64,000 nucleotides of DNA from Diretmus argenteus (taxonomy: Eukaryota), in the NCBI GenBank assembly GCA_048569125.1, contig CM109057.1, positions 34,878,381-34,942,380 of the forward strand, given 5' to 3'. This document shows, piece by piece, positions 12,211-24,744 of the stretch (within the stretch, counting starts at the first letter, position 1; every line of letters begins with the position of its first letter). The notes below the pieces were generated by a model. It ran no database searches, was not told where the DNA came from, and saw nothing but the letters and a program-made list of their open reading frames with translations. The position numbers and the translations under genes are program-made.

Positions 12211-13869
12211 CGTCGGTCTCCAGGCAGAAATGTTTTCCTATGAGGAAGTCCCAGAACCGTTCACAGGCCCATGTGAGGCCCAGGGCCTCCTTCTCCACTT
12301 GCGCATATCTTTGTTCAGTTGGAGAGAGTGACTGTGATGCATAAGCCACAGGCTTCCATTCGTCCTCCCATCTCTGGAGAACGCCTCCTAAGCCATAGCC
12401 GGCAGAATATACTTTTCACGGTACACATACTCATTCAAGCCAGTCAAGTCCACACACAAACGCACTCTTGGACTGTTTTTCTTGTGTACGACCACTATGC
12501 CGGTGCACCACTGTCGGCTCCTCCACACGACTGATAATGCCCAAATTCTCCATACGCTGGAGCTCTTCCTTTACTTTCCCCATCAGCGGCAGTGGGATTC
12601 TCCTGGGGGTTTTCAAAGAGAAAGGCACAGCCCCAGGTTTGAGCTTTATGGTGTAGGGCCATTGTACCTCACCTAGCCCGCTGACCAGCTTGGGTTAAGT
12701 GGTCTTGAGAGTCTCCATGTCCATGCTATTGACACGGATGAGCAAGCCAAGGGCTATAATGGCTGGTAACCCTAGCAAGGGTGTGCTCAGATTTTTGACC
12801 ACATAAACCTTCTCCATGGTCTCTTGACTGCTCTGCTTCGCTCCAGTTTGGCGAATCCTGACACGTCCAGAGGAATCCGCCCTGGAGGTAACAAAGGTCT
12901 CTCTGCTTTCTGGAGAACAGGCTGCCGTGCACCAGAAAATATGTAGTTAAAAACAGTCTGTGACACAGCAGTGACATCCGCTCCAGGGTGACGTTTAAAT
13001 GTGATAGTTTTGTCCATTATGCGTATTTCAGCAGTCCATAAATTGTCCACAGATGACACAGAGCCTAGGACGAAGCTTTCCTCCTCCTCCTCGATACCAT
13101 GCACAGATTTTCCTGCACGACACACATGCTGGTAGTGACCTTTTTCCCACAGGAACGGCATTTGGCATCATTGGCAGGACACTCATGTTCAGTGTGAGGC
13201 GTGCCACCACATTTATAGCACTGGGATCTATTTGGATTAATACTCTGGCTGCTGTGTGGCTTTGCTCCATACCCTTTGTATTTGCTGAACTTAGGCTGCT
13301 TTTCTTTTTGGTGTCTGTCTTTAAACACCTAGTCCACAGCATCCATACGCTTTACACCACTGACATCATTCCTCAGTGTGTTTTGCTGCTTGTTGACCTT
13401 CCAGGTTTTAAATCCTTCTCCATTTGCATGTGTTCTGAGAGCCGTGTGTCAGCCAGTCCAACCACTATCCTGTCCCTGATCAAGTCGTCATGCAACATGC
13501 CATAGTTGCAGTGCTCTGCTAGTGCATACAGGGCAGTAACAAATGCATCAACAGAATAAAGACTGAAAGCCACGCTGATCTGCATCACTGAGCTTCAAGC
13601 CTCTCAAGACGTCATCTGCTTCGTCTCCCATGCAGTATATAAAGGTATGCACCTGGTTCTCTTCGGAGCTTGCAGATAGATTGCTTGCCTGACGAAACCT
13701 CAAACCTCTCAAATCTGCGTATCCACTTTGTCCACTCATGTGACCTGGAAAAGTAAAAGGGCTCCGGTGGCTGAATGCTAGGAGTAGCGCCGGGTGTGTT
13801 AGCCGCATTAGCCATCATGCTAACTCCTTCCCCGCTCCGCTCGTCTTCTTCGCTACTCATATAACCCAC
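12074..13869 (-). mobile_element. LTR-retrotransposon (Ty3/gypsy or BEL-like) gag-pol fragment
   Basis: A gag fragment carries the CCHC zinc knuckle QCYKCGGTPHTEHECPANDAKCRSCGKK. Downstream pol pieces follow, including an RT/RNase H connection motif SPTEQRYAQVEKEALGLTWACERFWDFLIG. No LTRs are identifiable within the window. Confidence 0.55.
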
Positions 13870-16149
13870 CGAACACTTTCTTCTCCGTCCTGGTAGACCG
13901 TTGGTACTGTCTCGGTTGTTGTTGTTTTTAGCTTCACAGCACTTCTAACGTCTTGTTTTAGAAATCACTCCGTGAGATCCGACTGTGTACTCAACATGAA
14001 ACGGTTTATTTAGACTCCCGCACTTCATTCAAACTCCCCATACGTCACATCCTGCTGTCACTCTATTGGTCCATCTTTAACTCTCGCTTCCTATTGGTTA
14101 ACTCATAACTCAGGAGGCGGGACCAGTGAGCAAGGTGCCTGAGGCTATATGGAGAGACAAATGTGTCTTTATTATGTGAAAATAAATCCACTTTGTAATC
14201 AAAAAATAGATCCGTAATGTTTGCGAAACCATTACTCTGTTTTCTCTTTTAAATCCTTGTTAAAACCCCACCTTTTTACTATGGCTTTTTATTAATCTTA
14301 TTACTGTTTTATGTACACTGTTTTTTGATTCAATGTGTTTTATTGTTTTTATTTTATTGTTTTATTGTAAAGCACTTTGTAACTGTGTTTTGAAAAGTGC
14401 TCTATAAATAGTTATTATTATTATTACCTTTGCTTACAAAGCTCAACTTTTTGTCTAAAGGCTTGGTAGTATAAATTTGGAATACCCAGCCCACCTTGGT
14501 CCACCAGCCTTTGCAGTTTTTGTACTGTAAATTAAGCCTAGGGCACTTACTATTCCATAATAATAATAATAAATCGGATTTATATAGCGCTTTTCCCAGT
14601 GCTCAAAGACGCTTAACAAAACAGGATAAAACAACTTTAATAGAGAAAATAATTAAGTAAAAAGTGAGAGGAAAATAAATTCATGTGTTGAAAGCAAGAG
14701 TAAAAATGTGGGATTTGAGGGCTGTTTTGAAAGTTGACAGGGAGTCAAATGGTTTAAATATTTAAGTGGAATTCTATCTGAAAACATTAGCTTTCCCCCA
14801 CAAGGAATGCAGTTCTAAAGTAATGCAACCTCCATAGTTCAGTAGATACTCCTGCCATTTCACTGAACTATGGAGGTTATGGAGGTTGCATTCCTTCATA
14901 GTTCGATACTTTTTTTAAATAACCAAAATTTAAAAAAGTGCAAATAATACAGACATACAGACATTACAAAATGAAATTCAAGGACTTTCAAGTATTTTTT
15001 CAAGTACTATTTTTTTCATTTTCAAGGACTTCACTCAATGCAAATAATTCATTTTCAAAAAAATGTTTTATTAAACATGAACCAATGATGTGATCAATGC
15101 CCGTCTGTCTTAAAACTTGTCATGTACATATTACATTCAACAAGTTGAAGTGATGGACGGGGGGGGGGGACATCATCAAAACAGGAAAGAAGTGGTAAAG
15201 TTTTATTTTTTATGAAGTGGTAAAGCAGTAAAGCCCACCTAATAAATGAATAAGAATAGTAATAATAATGCACATATTGAAAATAATAATAATAATGTAT
15301 ATATTGAATACATAAAAATAATGATAATACATATTTCAGAGAGAGAGAGAGAACATAAATTATATTACATTTAATTCTATCTGTAGGAGCCATAATATCT
15401 ATAGCGTATGTTGTTTATTTTGTTTACATAGTGACGTAATGTTTAAGCTCCATACATTTATTGATGACTAGGATCTCTTGTAATTGGTCAATTTTGCACA
15501 GGGGGTGTGGTTTCACATTGGCACTGGGTGTGGTTCATTCATTCATTCATTCATTCATTGATTATTTACCTGATCTGAAGTATGGCATCTGGTCGGACGT
15601 TAGAGGGTGAGCCAGGCTCTGATATTTTCTGTTGACTGTACGTTTGTTCATGCGTTTGTTCGTTCATAAAGTTTGTTTCCTTGTTTGACCTTTCCTGTTA
15701 TTCTTTCATTTCATTTCAAATTGTCTAACGTAAGTCACGACTGAAGCATGGATTCATTGGAACGCGTCACAGTAAGAGCCGGCTTAGCCTCTGTAGTGAA
15801 CCTTTTTTTATATTAGACGCTACACTATCAAATAACATTTATACAAGGGCATCCTCAGTTCCACTCTTCATAAATGCCCAGATGATCAGGAGGAAGTAAC
15901 AGTAATAGTGGTAATAGTGATTTTGAATGCACAGGCTCTGCATGGGCTGTTTTTGCAGAAGTGGAAGGGCCAAAATCTCCATGGACACATTTAAAAGGGA
16001 AGCAGACAAACAAGTTTGGACACATTGCAACCAAATGTAATGCATGTATTGTGCATTGTAATTGTAATGCATGTAAAGTGAAATGTCAAATGGGACTACA
16101 GGTGGAAATGAGCCTCTGGCTACAACCTGGCTTGTTTACAACCTGTTGT

Positions 16150-16275
16150 ATTGCTTTGTAATCCAATGGTCTCGTCTCGTTGTCCTCCGCTTATCCGGGT
16201 CCGGGTCGCGGGGGCAGCATCTTCAGCAGGGAAGCCCAATAATCCAATCCAATCCAATGGTGTTTGTCCATTAAC
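16150..16275 (-). mobile_element. Short L2-like LINE 3'-end fragment
   Basis: The sequence gtctcgttgtcctccgcttatccgggtccgggtcgcgggggcagcatcttcagcagggaagccc is near-identical to 44218-44285. Confidence 0.55.
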
Positions 16276-16728
16276 TTGCGCTGTCCCTCAGCAAATAAAC
16301 AAACAAATCAAATCAAATATGTGTAGCCTGTGCATTGCACACATTTAACTAATGGGCATAGGTGGAATGTACAAAGACCTGACTTACTGTTTTGCTCTGA
16401 GCAGGGTTGACCTCTTGTCCCTCTCTGGCCTCCGAGGTGAGAGATTCATGCAATGTTTATCTCTGCAAACAAACAGAATTTATACTTTATATGTAATGAA
16501 TCATTTATCCCGTGCCCAATAAGTTATGATGCTTTTCAGTGTATCTGCTTGACTGGCGCAGTAGGCAATTGAAAAGTAGCTCCAAAAAGAAAAGGTTGCC
16601 CACGCCTGTAGTAAGATCACACTGAACAAACTCTGAGACTAAATATTGATACACACTTCAACGACTTGTGTTCATCTATTCCTTTATTTATACAATGAGA
16701 AACCAGCACAAAAGAAAAGGGCAATTAC

Positions 16729-16835
<107 letters not shown>

Positions 16836-17924
16836 TTATAAAAAATAAATTAAAAAATACATACTTGAAAAAATACATGAACTTATCCTCACATAACACA
16901 ACATTGGCGCATATTCCAGTAACATTAGAAAACTGAATTAGTCTAAAGTCCAAAATGTGAGGCAGTAAACCTGAGTGGACAGATGTGGAGCAGGCAACGC
17001 CTTGTTAAAGTGCAGTGAGTGTACAGTTTCTGTAACAGGTATGTTTTGTTCCAAGTGGTTTTAAGGCAACATACAAGTATTTAGTCTTGATGAGCTAAGA
17101 TACACACTGGATATCTACCAAGTACGTTGCGGGTGTATCTTCACACTGACCCTGGCATGTTTATTAAAGTTAAAAGAAAACACTGCATGAAAAGGATGCT
17201 GAAGCCCACACAACATGTAGACTGAGTAGCAAAATGAGTTTTACCCTGAAACACCAGGAACATGGAAAGTAACAAACAACAAGGTCTAAATGGATAAAAG
17301 TATTTAAAAGCTGCTACGTGTGGAATTTTAACATCAATTAATCATCATCACATTCATTCAGAGAGATGTAGATGTAGATAAACAAGACCAAGACACTTAA
17401 CTTGACACCGTTTGCCACCGGGTTGGATTTCATGGGAAATCTACCGGATTGCTTTACCGCACATATCAGGAAAGGGGCGCTGTTCTTCCAAAAGGAGCTA
17501 AAGCTTTCAGAGTTTCAACAACGGCAGATGGTGGAAGGAGAGAAAGGCAGATGGAAAAATGACTTCCAACATGTTGATCCTCTTCAGTGAACCAAGAGAA
17601 AACCATCGACTGAAGAAGTAACATCCTCTCTTTGCAACAGGAAGCAAGGGTTTATGGGAAATGTGGTCTTATGTGGACTACCGGTCATCCAGTCCTGGTC
17701 TCCTTTGTCCATCTTCCAGGATGGCTTTGGAGCTCGAACGAGAGCCTCGGCGGGCAGGTTCATGCTCTCTATCGCTGCTTCTCCTCTCCCTCTCCCTCTG
17801 CTGACTCCCTCCATCGTCTCTTCTCATCCCCCTCTCCCCACCACCGCTCTCAAACTGTTTCCGCATACTCTTCACCTTGCTCCTTCTCTTCTCCTCTCCC
17901 TCCATACTCGTCTCTTTCTTCACC

Positions 17925-19103
17925 TCACTTCCTTCCCTTTTCATCCCCCTCTCCAGTTCTATGTTCTTTACCTCTTTCCATTTCTACTCTCTTTGCCCTC
18001 TCTGCCTCACTTTCTTTCCTGCTCCATCTCTTCACATCTCTGCTGCTGCGTATCTCCCAGTTGCTTTCATCTTTGCTCCCTCTCTCACTCCTTTCCTTGG
18101 CTCTCTTTCTTTCACTCCTGCTGCCATGTCTGCTTGTGCTCCCTCTCCCAGCCTCTCTCCTTTTGACTCCATGCTTTTCTTTATCTCCTTTGGTCATCCC
18201 TCTTTCATTCTCTTTACCGCTCTTCTTCACCCTTTTAATCTTGCTCTTCTCATCTGTCTGTTTCTTCTCCTCCTCTGCCCTCTCATTCTTGCTAGTAACC
18301 TTTTTTGCCTTTTCTCGTTTACTCGTATCATTTTCTTTTTCGGTTTTGGTTTGATTCTCCATTTCTTTCTCCTTTTTCCTTCCTTTCTCAGACGGTTCTT
18401 TTGAAACCTCCTCTTTGGTCTTTTTCTCCACTTTGACAATCTCACTCATCTCCTGTTTGTCTCCCTCTCGTAGCCTTCCTGATTTGGACTCAATCATAGC
18501 CTCCTCCTTCCTCCCTTTCTTACTTCCCACATTTCCTTTCTTCTTAATCTCCTTGCTCTTTATCCGCTCCTCTAGAATCTTCTGGTCCAGTTTCTCCTCC
18601 AGGAGGTCCAGCTCCAAGTCCAGCTGAGCCAGTTTCACTGGGTCCAATTCCAAGTCATCATCCACCTCCACCTCCTCCATCTTCTCATACTCCTCCAGCT
18701 CGATGCCGTCCATGGTCTTCTGCAGCTGGGTCTTCACCTTGTTTAGATCCAGGAGGCCATCTTGAAGGTCTTTACATACTTCCCGGATCTTGCAGGCGAA
18801 CTTGGTTTTGGCGCCCTTGCGGAGCTCGTGGGAGTCCTTGGCCAGGAAGAAGATATTCAGGGCCAGGAAGAGGGCCGATATGACCCCTGTGGCGACGCTG
18901 ATGGCCTCGGCGGCTTTGGCAGCACCACCCGCAGCGCTCAGGACCTCCACAGTGCTGACAACCTTGTCGCTGTTGATCATCAGGGCCTTGCCGGCTCGAA
19001 CGCCCTCTTTCATCACATGCTTAATGTTGTGGTTCAGAGCCTTCTTGGCAGCGCTCTCCGAGTACTTCTCAAAGTCCCAACCCTGGAGGGTCTCCATACC
19101 TTC
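17925..19103 (-). CDS. APOL-like gene 2, terminal exon (APOL C-terminal helices plus ~250-aa K/E-rich low-complexity tail)
   Basis: The acceptor is ccttgtag and the exon encodes EGMETLQGWDFEKYSES...ATGVISALFLALNIFFLAKDSHELRKGAKTKFACKIREVCKDLQDGLLDLNKVKTQLQ. This matches the C-terminal amphipathic and leucine-zipper region of APOL proteins. The open frame then runs through CT-rich simple sequence (GA-rich on the coding strand), producing a long lysine/glutamate-rich tail before the stop at 17925. Confidence 0.65.
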   Translation of the reverse strand, partial: EGMETLQGWDFEKYSESAAKKALNHNIKHVMKEGVRAGKALMINSDKVVSTVEVLSAAGGAAKAAEAISVATGVISALFLALNIFFLAKDSHELRKGAKTKFACKIREVCKDLQDGLLDLNKVKTQLQKTMDGIELEEYEKMEEVEVDDDLELDPVKLAQLDLELDLLEEKLDQKILEERIKSKEIKKKGNVGSKKGRKEEAMIESKSGRLREGDKQEMSEIVKVEKKTKEEVSKEPSEKGRKKEKEMENQTKTEKENDTSKREKAKKVTSKNERAEEEKKQTDEKSKIKRVKKSGKENERGMTKGDKEKHGVKRREAGRGSTSRHGSRSERKRAKERSERGSKDESNWEIRSSRDVKRWSRKESEAERAKRVEMERGKEHRTGEGDEKGRK

Positions 19104-19849
19104 CTACAAGGGTCACACAGAGAGGATGGCAGTGAGAATATGTTGATGTCAGTATGATGTCTCAATGTGTTGTTATTGACATGTTAGGTTGAAAATGTGT
19201 TGTCCCGAGCTAGAAACACGAAAGACTGTAGAGACAGAGGAAGTATATAATCATCGGTTTCTGAGTGAAGATATTTGTGTGTGTGTGAAAGAGCATGAAT
19301 GCAAACTTTTCTGATGTAACCCAACCCTTCTCTATTGTACACGTTAGGGACATTTACTGTGCACGGGATTTACCATTTACTGAGTTACAATGACCTGAAT
19401 TTGAAAACAAATTGACCTTATCCACCTAAACTAAATCGTACAACGGCGTTTTAGGGCCACTGCAAAGAAACAAAAAGAAACTAAAATTTCGAAAATAAAG
19501 TCGTACGTATGTTACAAGAATAATCTCATAATGTTGAGTTCCTTTTTATTGATCAGTGCATTGGGTTCATGAAATGCGATATATAAGCCCAATTTATTAT
19601 TTTTACAATAGGCCTATTACGAGAATAAAGTCATAACTTTACGAGAATAAAGTCGTAACTTTACAAGAATAAAGTCGTAATTTTACGAGAATAAAGTCGT
19701 ATCGTTGCGAGAATAATGTTAATAAAGAAATTGCGGACTACTACATTTCCAGTGACCCACCTTGGAGGCTGTCCCAAGCCGTTTCCGTTAATACTAATGA
19801 TAATTCGGTGTCGATACACCAAAAGACCAAGGATTTCCTTGTTAGTAAA

Positions 19850-20990
19850 CCCTATTCTAAAGTATCATCATCATCCGCTTATCCGGGGTTGGGTCACAGA
19901 GGCAGCCGTTCCAGCAGAGGGTCCCAGACCTCCCTGTCCCTAGCCCCATCAACCAGCTCTGACCTGGGGATCCCGAGGCGCCCAAGGGCCAGTGCAGAGA
20001 TGTAATCCCACCACCTGGTCCTGAGTCTGCCTCGAGGTCTCCTCCCAGTAGGAAATGCCTGAAACACCTCCCTAGGGAGACGCCCAGGGGGCATGATCCT
20101 TACCAGATGCCCAAACCACCTCAACTGGCTCCTTTGACACAAAGGAGCAGCGACCAGGATGAAAGCTGTATTGTTCCTCTTCGATCTGAGGTTGGACTAT
20201 CGGCCAGACCCTCCTTTCCAGCACCTTAGACTAAAATTTTCCCAGGGAGGCTGAGTAATGTGATGCCTCTGTAATTTGCAAACATCCTCTGTTCCCCCTT
20301 TTTGAAGAGGGAAACCACCACCCCGGTCTGCCACTCCTTCGGCACTGCCCCCGACTTCCACGCTATGTTAAAGAGATGTGTCTCGTAACAGCCCCTCAAC
20401 ACCCAGAGCCTTGAGCATTTCCAGACAGATCTCATCAATCTCTGGGGCTTTGCCACTGTGGAGTTGTTGGACTACCTCATTGATCTCCTCCAGGGAAATT
20501 GATGTTGATCCCCCATCATCCTCAGGCTCATCCTCAGGCTCTGTCTCGATCGTAGAGGGTGGATTTGTTGGGTTCAGGAGTTCCTCAAAGTGCTCCTTCC
20601 ACCGGCCGATGACTTCCTCAGTTGAGGTCAAGAGTGTTCCATCCTTGCTGTACACAGCCTGGATGGTCCCCTGTTTCCCCTCCTGAGGTGCAAGATGGTT
20701 TTCCAGAAACATCTTGGTGCCGCCCGATAGTCCTTCTCCGTGTCTTCTCCGAACTTCTCCCACACCCGCTGCTTTGCCTCCGCCACGGCTGCAGCTGCCA
20801 TCCTCCGGGCCCGTCGGTACCTTGCAACTACCTCCGGAGTGTCCCGTGCTAGCATATCGGTTACCACCCCTTGAGGCACCTATGGCCCTATGGCCACAGC
20901 TCACAGCCGTGACTCCAGCAATGGAGGCTTTGACCATCACCCACTCTGTTTCGATGTCCCCAACCTCCACAATGATGTCAGTTTTCATTT
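19850..20990 (-). mobile_element. Internally deleted L2-like LINE copy inserted in the intron of APOL-like gene 2
   Basis: Minus-strand ORF fragments carry ...SISLEEINEVVQQLHSGKAPEIDEICLEMLKAL..., ...WQTGVVVSLFKKGEQRMFANYRGITLLSLPGKILV and ...LRWFGHLVRIMPPGRLPREVFQAFPTGRRPRGRLRTRWWDYIS.... Together these are the endonuclease, RT and C-terminal blocks of fish L2-type ORF2. The region is missing from the paralogous intron of gene 1. Confidence 0.7.
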
Positions 20991-21096
20991 CTTTTTTTCT
21001 AGGTTTATTTTTTGGGGATGTATATAATTGTTGTTTGTTAAATTTTGAGATTTATGTGTCCCCTCAGGAGGACTAGCAAATCGAAAACTTCCCCAC

Positions 21097-21511
21097 CTGT
21101 AAAAACTCCAAACACTCCCTGATGTCCTTGATCTCCTCTTGGTATCCCTGGATCATCTTCTCCACTTTCTTACGGTCCATGTTGGAGTGAACTGTATCTG
21201 TAATATTGGCTGTTGCCGAAATTATGTTGCCTACTGTTGTCACGCTGATGCCTACTGCCGTGACGATGACTGAGGCACCAAAGGTGAAGGGTGCCAGGAT
21301 GAGCCCCGTGATGGTTGTCACGCTGCCTGCTACTCTGGCCACCCCTCCGCCCACAGCGGCCGATACAGTTTTCTTGTGGAATTCATCCGCGGCGTCGGCA
21401 TGAGCCAAAAGCTGCAGGATGCGCTGCTGTAAGGACGCCCCCCGCTGGTTGAAGAGCCACACAAACAGACGGGCTGCCATGAAGACACGGTCGGCAACCT
21501 GCTCCACAGCC
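21097..21511 (-). CDS. APOL-like gene 2, main N-terminal domain exon (apolipoprotein L family)
   Basis: A 415-nt exon, the same length as its gene 1 paralogue, with acceptor ctctccag and donor TTACAG|gtgggg. Its translation runs AVEQVADRVFMAARLF...FHKKTVSAAVGGGVARVAGSVTTITGLILAPFTFGASVIVTAVGISVTTVG...KVEKMIQGYQEEIKDIRECLEFLQ. Confidence 0.75.
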
Positions 21512-22466
21512 CTGGAGAGGAAAGACGCATCAGTTATGAGGCTCATAGGATGTTGTATACCAGGGTTCCTACAGCGGTGAAGCGACTGAAGCAGTTATAG
21601 ATCTAGAAATGCATGCTCGGAGAGCGCAGACCTCCGCCCAGGATGCATGTCGCCTGTTCATGCGATTCAGATTCAGATCCACTCCAAAATGTAATAGCTC
21701 TTCCTTGGGCCAAGCTGCACCTATCCAATGGGTATCATGAAAATCGGATGCTGCGTTAAGCTATAGACCTCACTTCCTGTTGACGTGGCATTTCATTGGG
21801 CGTTTCATTGGGTAGCGGCCATGTTAAATTGTGCCCAGTGACCCTTAGGGAGCATGCATATTAAGTAGAATGTCAAAGAGATGTTGTGTTAAACAATGAG
21901 ACCTCACTTCCTGTTTACGCGGCGTTGCGTTGACCTTTAGTGGCGGCCATGTTAAATTTTGCCCATTGGCTCTTAGGGAACATACATATTAAGTAGAATG
22001 TCAAATGGATGATGCGTTTACACCTCACTTCCTGTGTACATGGCGCCCTACGTGGCACCCCGTGATTTGGATCCGCCCCAAAATTTCAGGGGGTCATCGT
22101 TGACTGATACTACACCCTTCCACTGGGTTTCATGAAAATTGGATGTTGCAAAAAGCAATTAGAGCTCATTTCCTGTTTATGTGGTGTCCTACGCGGCGTC
22201 TCGTGATTCGGATCTGCCCCAAAGTTTTCCTGGGTCATCGATGTCCGATACTGCACCCTTCCACCAAGTTTCATGAAAATCGGTCTGGTAGTTTTTGCTT
22301 AATCTTGTACACAGACAAACGAACGGACGCTACTGAAAACTTTACCTCTCGCCCCGGACTTCGTCCTTGGGCGGAGATAATTAGAAAATAGCCTGAAAAG
22401 TTATCGGGGGTTAAGTTATTTTGAGGGAATTTGAAGTGGCACGTTAGAAACACATGCACTACTTAC

Positions 22467-22509
22467 ATTTCCTCATCGTCCTCCTGGAAATGGGACGTCT
22501 CATTCCATT
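22467..22509 (-). CDS. APOL-like gene 2, short coding exon (EWNETSHFQEDDEE)
   Basis: A 43-nt exon with acceptor ggttggtcag and donor gtaagt. The reading frame bridges the exon before it and the main exon, and the leftover AT plus the next G makes ATG. Confidence 0.45.
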
Positions 22510-22773
22510 CTGACCAACCTGGCAACAGAAACACAGATATCAGTGTTTCTTCTATAACTTTATGTAGCAGTGGTGCTGGGGGTTATCTCACTGTCACTTC
22601 CAAATCAGTCCCCGTTTGGTTCACAGTTTTGGTTCTAGTATAGTTAGAGTACCGATCTTCTTTAGATACTTTATCATTAGAAACATTCATTCCAATCATC
22701 AGAAACTAGATGTGTTGAAGTGGAAAGAGAAACCAGATTATTGCAATTTAAAGCTAAATACTGTCACACGCAC

Positions 22774-22813
22774 CTGCCACTGCATTCCACCATTCCATCA
22801 ACTCATCATTTTC
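22774..22813 (-). CDS. APOL-like gene 2, short upstream coding exon (ENDELMEWWNAVA)
   Basis: A 40-nt exon with acceptor ttctattcag and donor gtgcgt. It is paralogous to 6458-6494 and 41201-41240. Confidence 0.5.
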
Positions 22814-23519
22814 CTGAATAGAATAATTTAACTGTTAAATTAGGAAAGAGAAAATCACACAGCTCCCTGGATATCCAGATAGCCTGCCATGCACACATAC
22901 ACGTGCATATACAGTACACACCTCCTCAGACTGCAGGGGGTTGCCCTCACTAGGGTAAGCTGCCATTTCCACAGGCTGAATCTCTACTGTGTTCTCCTGG
23001 AAAACACAAACAAAAGCATCCACAAAGTGTACATACTTTATGAAATGACCCGCCAACAAAACAATACAGAACAGTTTAGATGTAAAAAGTCGTGGTTTGG
23101 ATGGGACTCTATGAGCGGAGCGTTGTTCCTGCTTGGCCGAGCCTTTCCATGTGTATAGATCAATACACATCTCCAATACATCCTTGCTAACCTGTATCGG
23201 GGTCAGCTCCTGCATCTCCATAGTCTCAAGAAGAGGCAGCTTGTCAGAGCTCTACAGGAGGAATAAATTACCCAGTTAGTCTGTAATAAGAAAGTTTGAG
23301 AACTTTTTGAATGCCAAGAAACATTCATAATAATACCATGCAAACTAAACAGTATTGAATATAATAATTAAGAATAATTGTATTTATAAAGCACTTTTCA
23401 TACAAGAGCAACTCAAAGTGCAGAGTAAAAACAAATAAACAATAAAACAAGGAGAATTAAGAAAAAGTACATAAAAAGGGGGGGAAAGTGTTAGCAAAAA
23501 GAAAAGCAAAAAGCAGGGC

Positions 23520-23960
23520 GTTCCATAGCTCGGAACCCAGATTGCCGGCCACTAGTTTTGGGTTATGTGGTCTAGACAGCGGATCCGAAGAACGGGCTTC
23601 CTCTTCCCGCCGCCGATCATTTAGTTTTTAGTTTTTACGGTCACATTTTTTACATCAAACTTTTGCCATATCCTGTCAGCAACAAGCTAACACATCACGT
23701 TTGTCAAGTAAATATGTTAAACAAATCAATCGGACGAAATACGATCCGTGGATAGTGACTTCCTCTTCCGGGGACCGGTCATCCACCGGCCGTTTTTCAG
23801 TGTTATTGCTTTGTTCAACGTAAAATGTGACCGTAAAAACTAAAAACTCAATGATCGACAGCCGGATATCCTGGCTAGACCGGATAAACCAAAACTAGTG
23901 GCCGGCGACCCCAGAGGCCGAGACAGTCATCAGACTGATTGAGCCTCTGGGTTCCCAGAT
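23520..23960. mobile_element. Candidate non-autonomous DNA transposon with nested long inverted repeats
   Basis: Inverted pairs include cagattgccggccactagttttgg (23541-23564) vs ccaaaactagtggccggcgacc (23889-23910), and gtttttagtttttacggtcacatttt (23627-23652) vs aaaatgtgaccgtaaaaactaaaaac (23822-23847). A further pair is gggttcccagattgcc near 23950. Confidence 0.4.
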
Positions 23961-24099
23961 TGCCTAGGGGCAGACACACTAAAAGCGGCATCTCACATTC
24001 TCTTTGTGGCAACCAGAATCTAAAATAAAGCATTTAACTTGTGGTCGTGTGAAGTCAGGGTTTCCTATGTTTGAACAGATAAGATCCCTCCTGGATTTG

Positions 24100-24430
24100 G
24101 TGCCAACTACAAGAATTTCTTGTCTTCATTTACCTGCAGGAAATTATTGCTCATCCATTCACTTATGGCAGACAAACAGTCCGTTAGGATTGATGTAGCA
24201 CTCGGGTCCTCCGGCTTCACAGATATATACAACTGAGTATCGTCGTCAGCATAGCTATGAAAATTGACACCATGCTGAATAATATTACCTAGCGGGAGCA
24301 TGTAAAATGAGAACAACAATGGCCCTAGTACACTACCTTGGGCTACACCATAATCAATGGTAACAGTTTTTGAGGTACATGTTCTGTTTTGAGGTGTATG
24401 TTCCCCAAGATGTACAAACATAAAATTTGT
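24100..24430 (-). mobile_element. LINE reverse-transcriptase fragment
   Basis: ORF 24107-24421 carries ...[42 protein letters not shown]..., the RT palm motif. Confidence 0.55.
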
Positions 24431-24744
24431 TTCCAGTGCTGTGAGAATGGAACCAACTTAGAACTGTCCAACTGACCAACTCATTTCTCAAGTTACAGTA
24501 TTATGGTCAATAGTGTCAAATGTGGCACTGAGGTCCAGCAGAACAAGGACAGAAACATCTCCACCTAGATGACCTGAGACTGACTGCTGATGAGTCAGTC
24601 TCAGGTCGTCTAGGTCATCTAGGGCTGTCACAGTGCTATGATTTGCCCTGAAGCCAGATTGCAAGGATGGTATGTGTTAAGTGGTTGCTTAGTTGTTTGA
24701 ACCTTGCCTTTTCTAAGACTTTGCTCAGAAAAGGTAGGTTAGAG

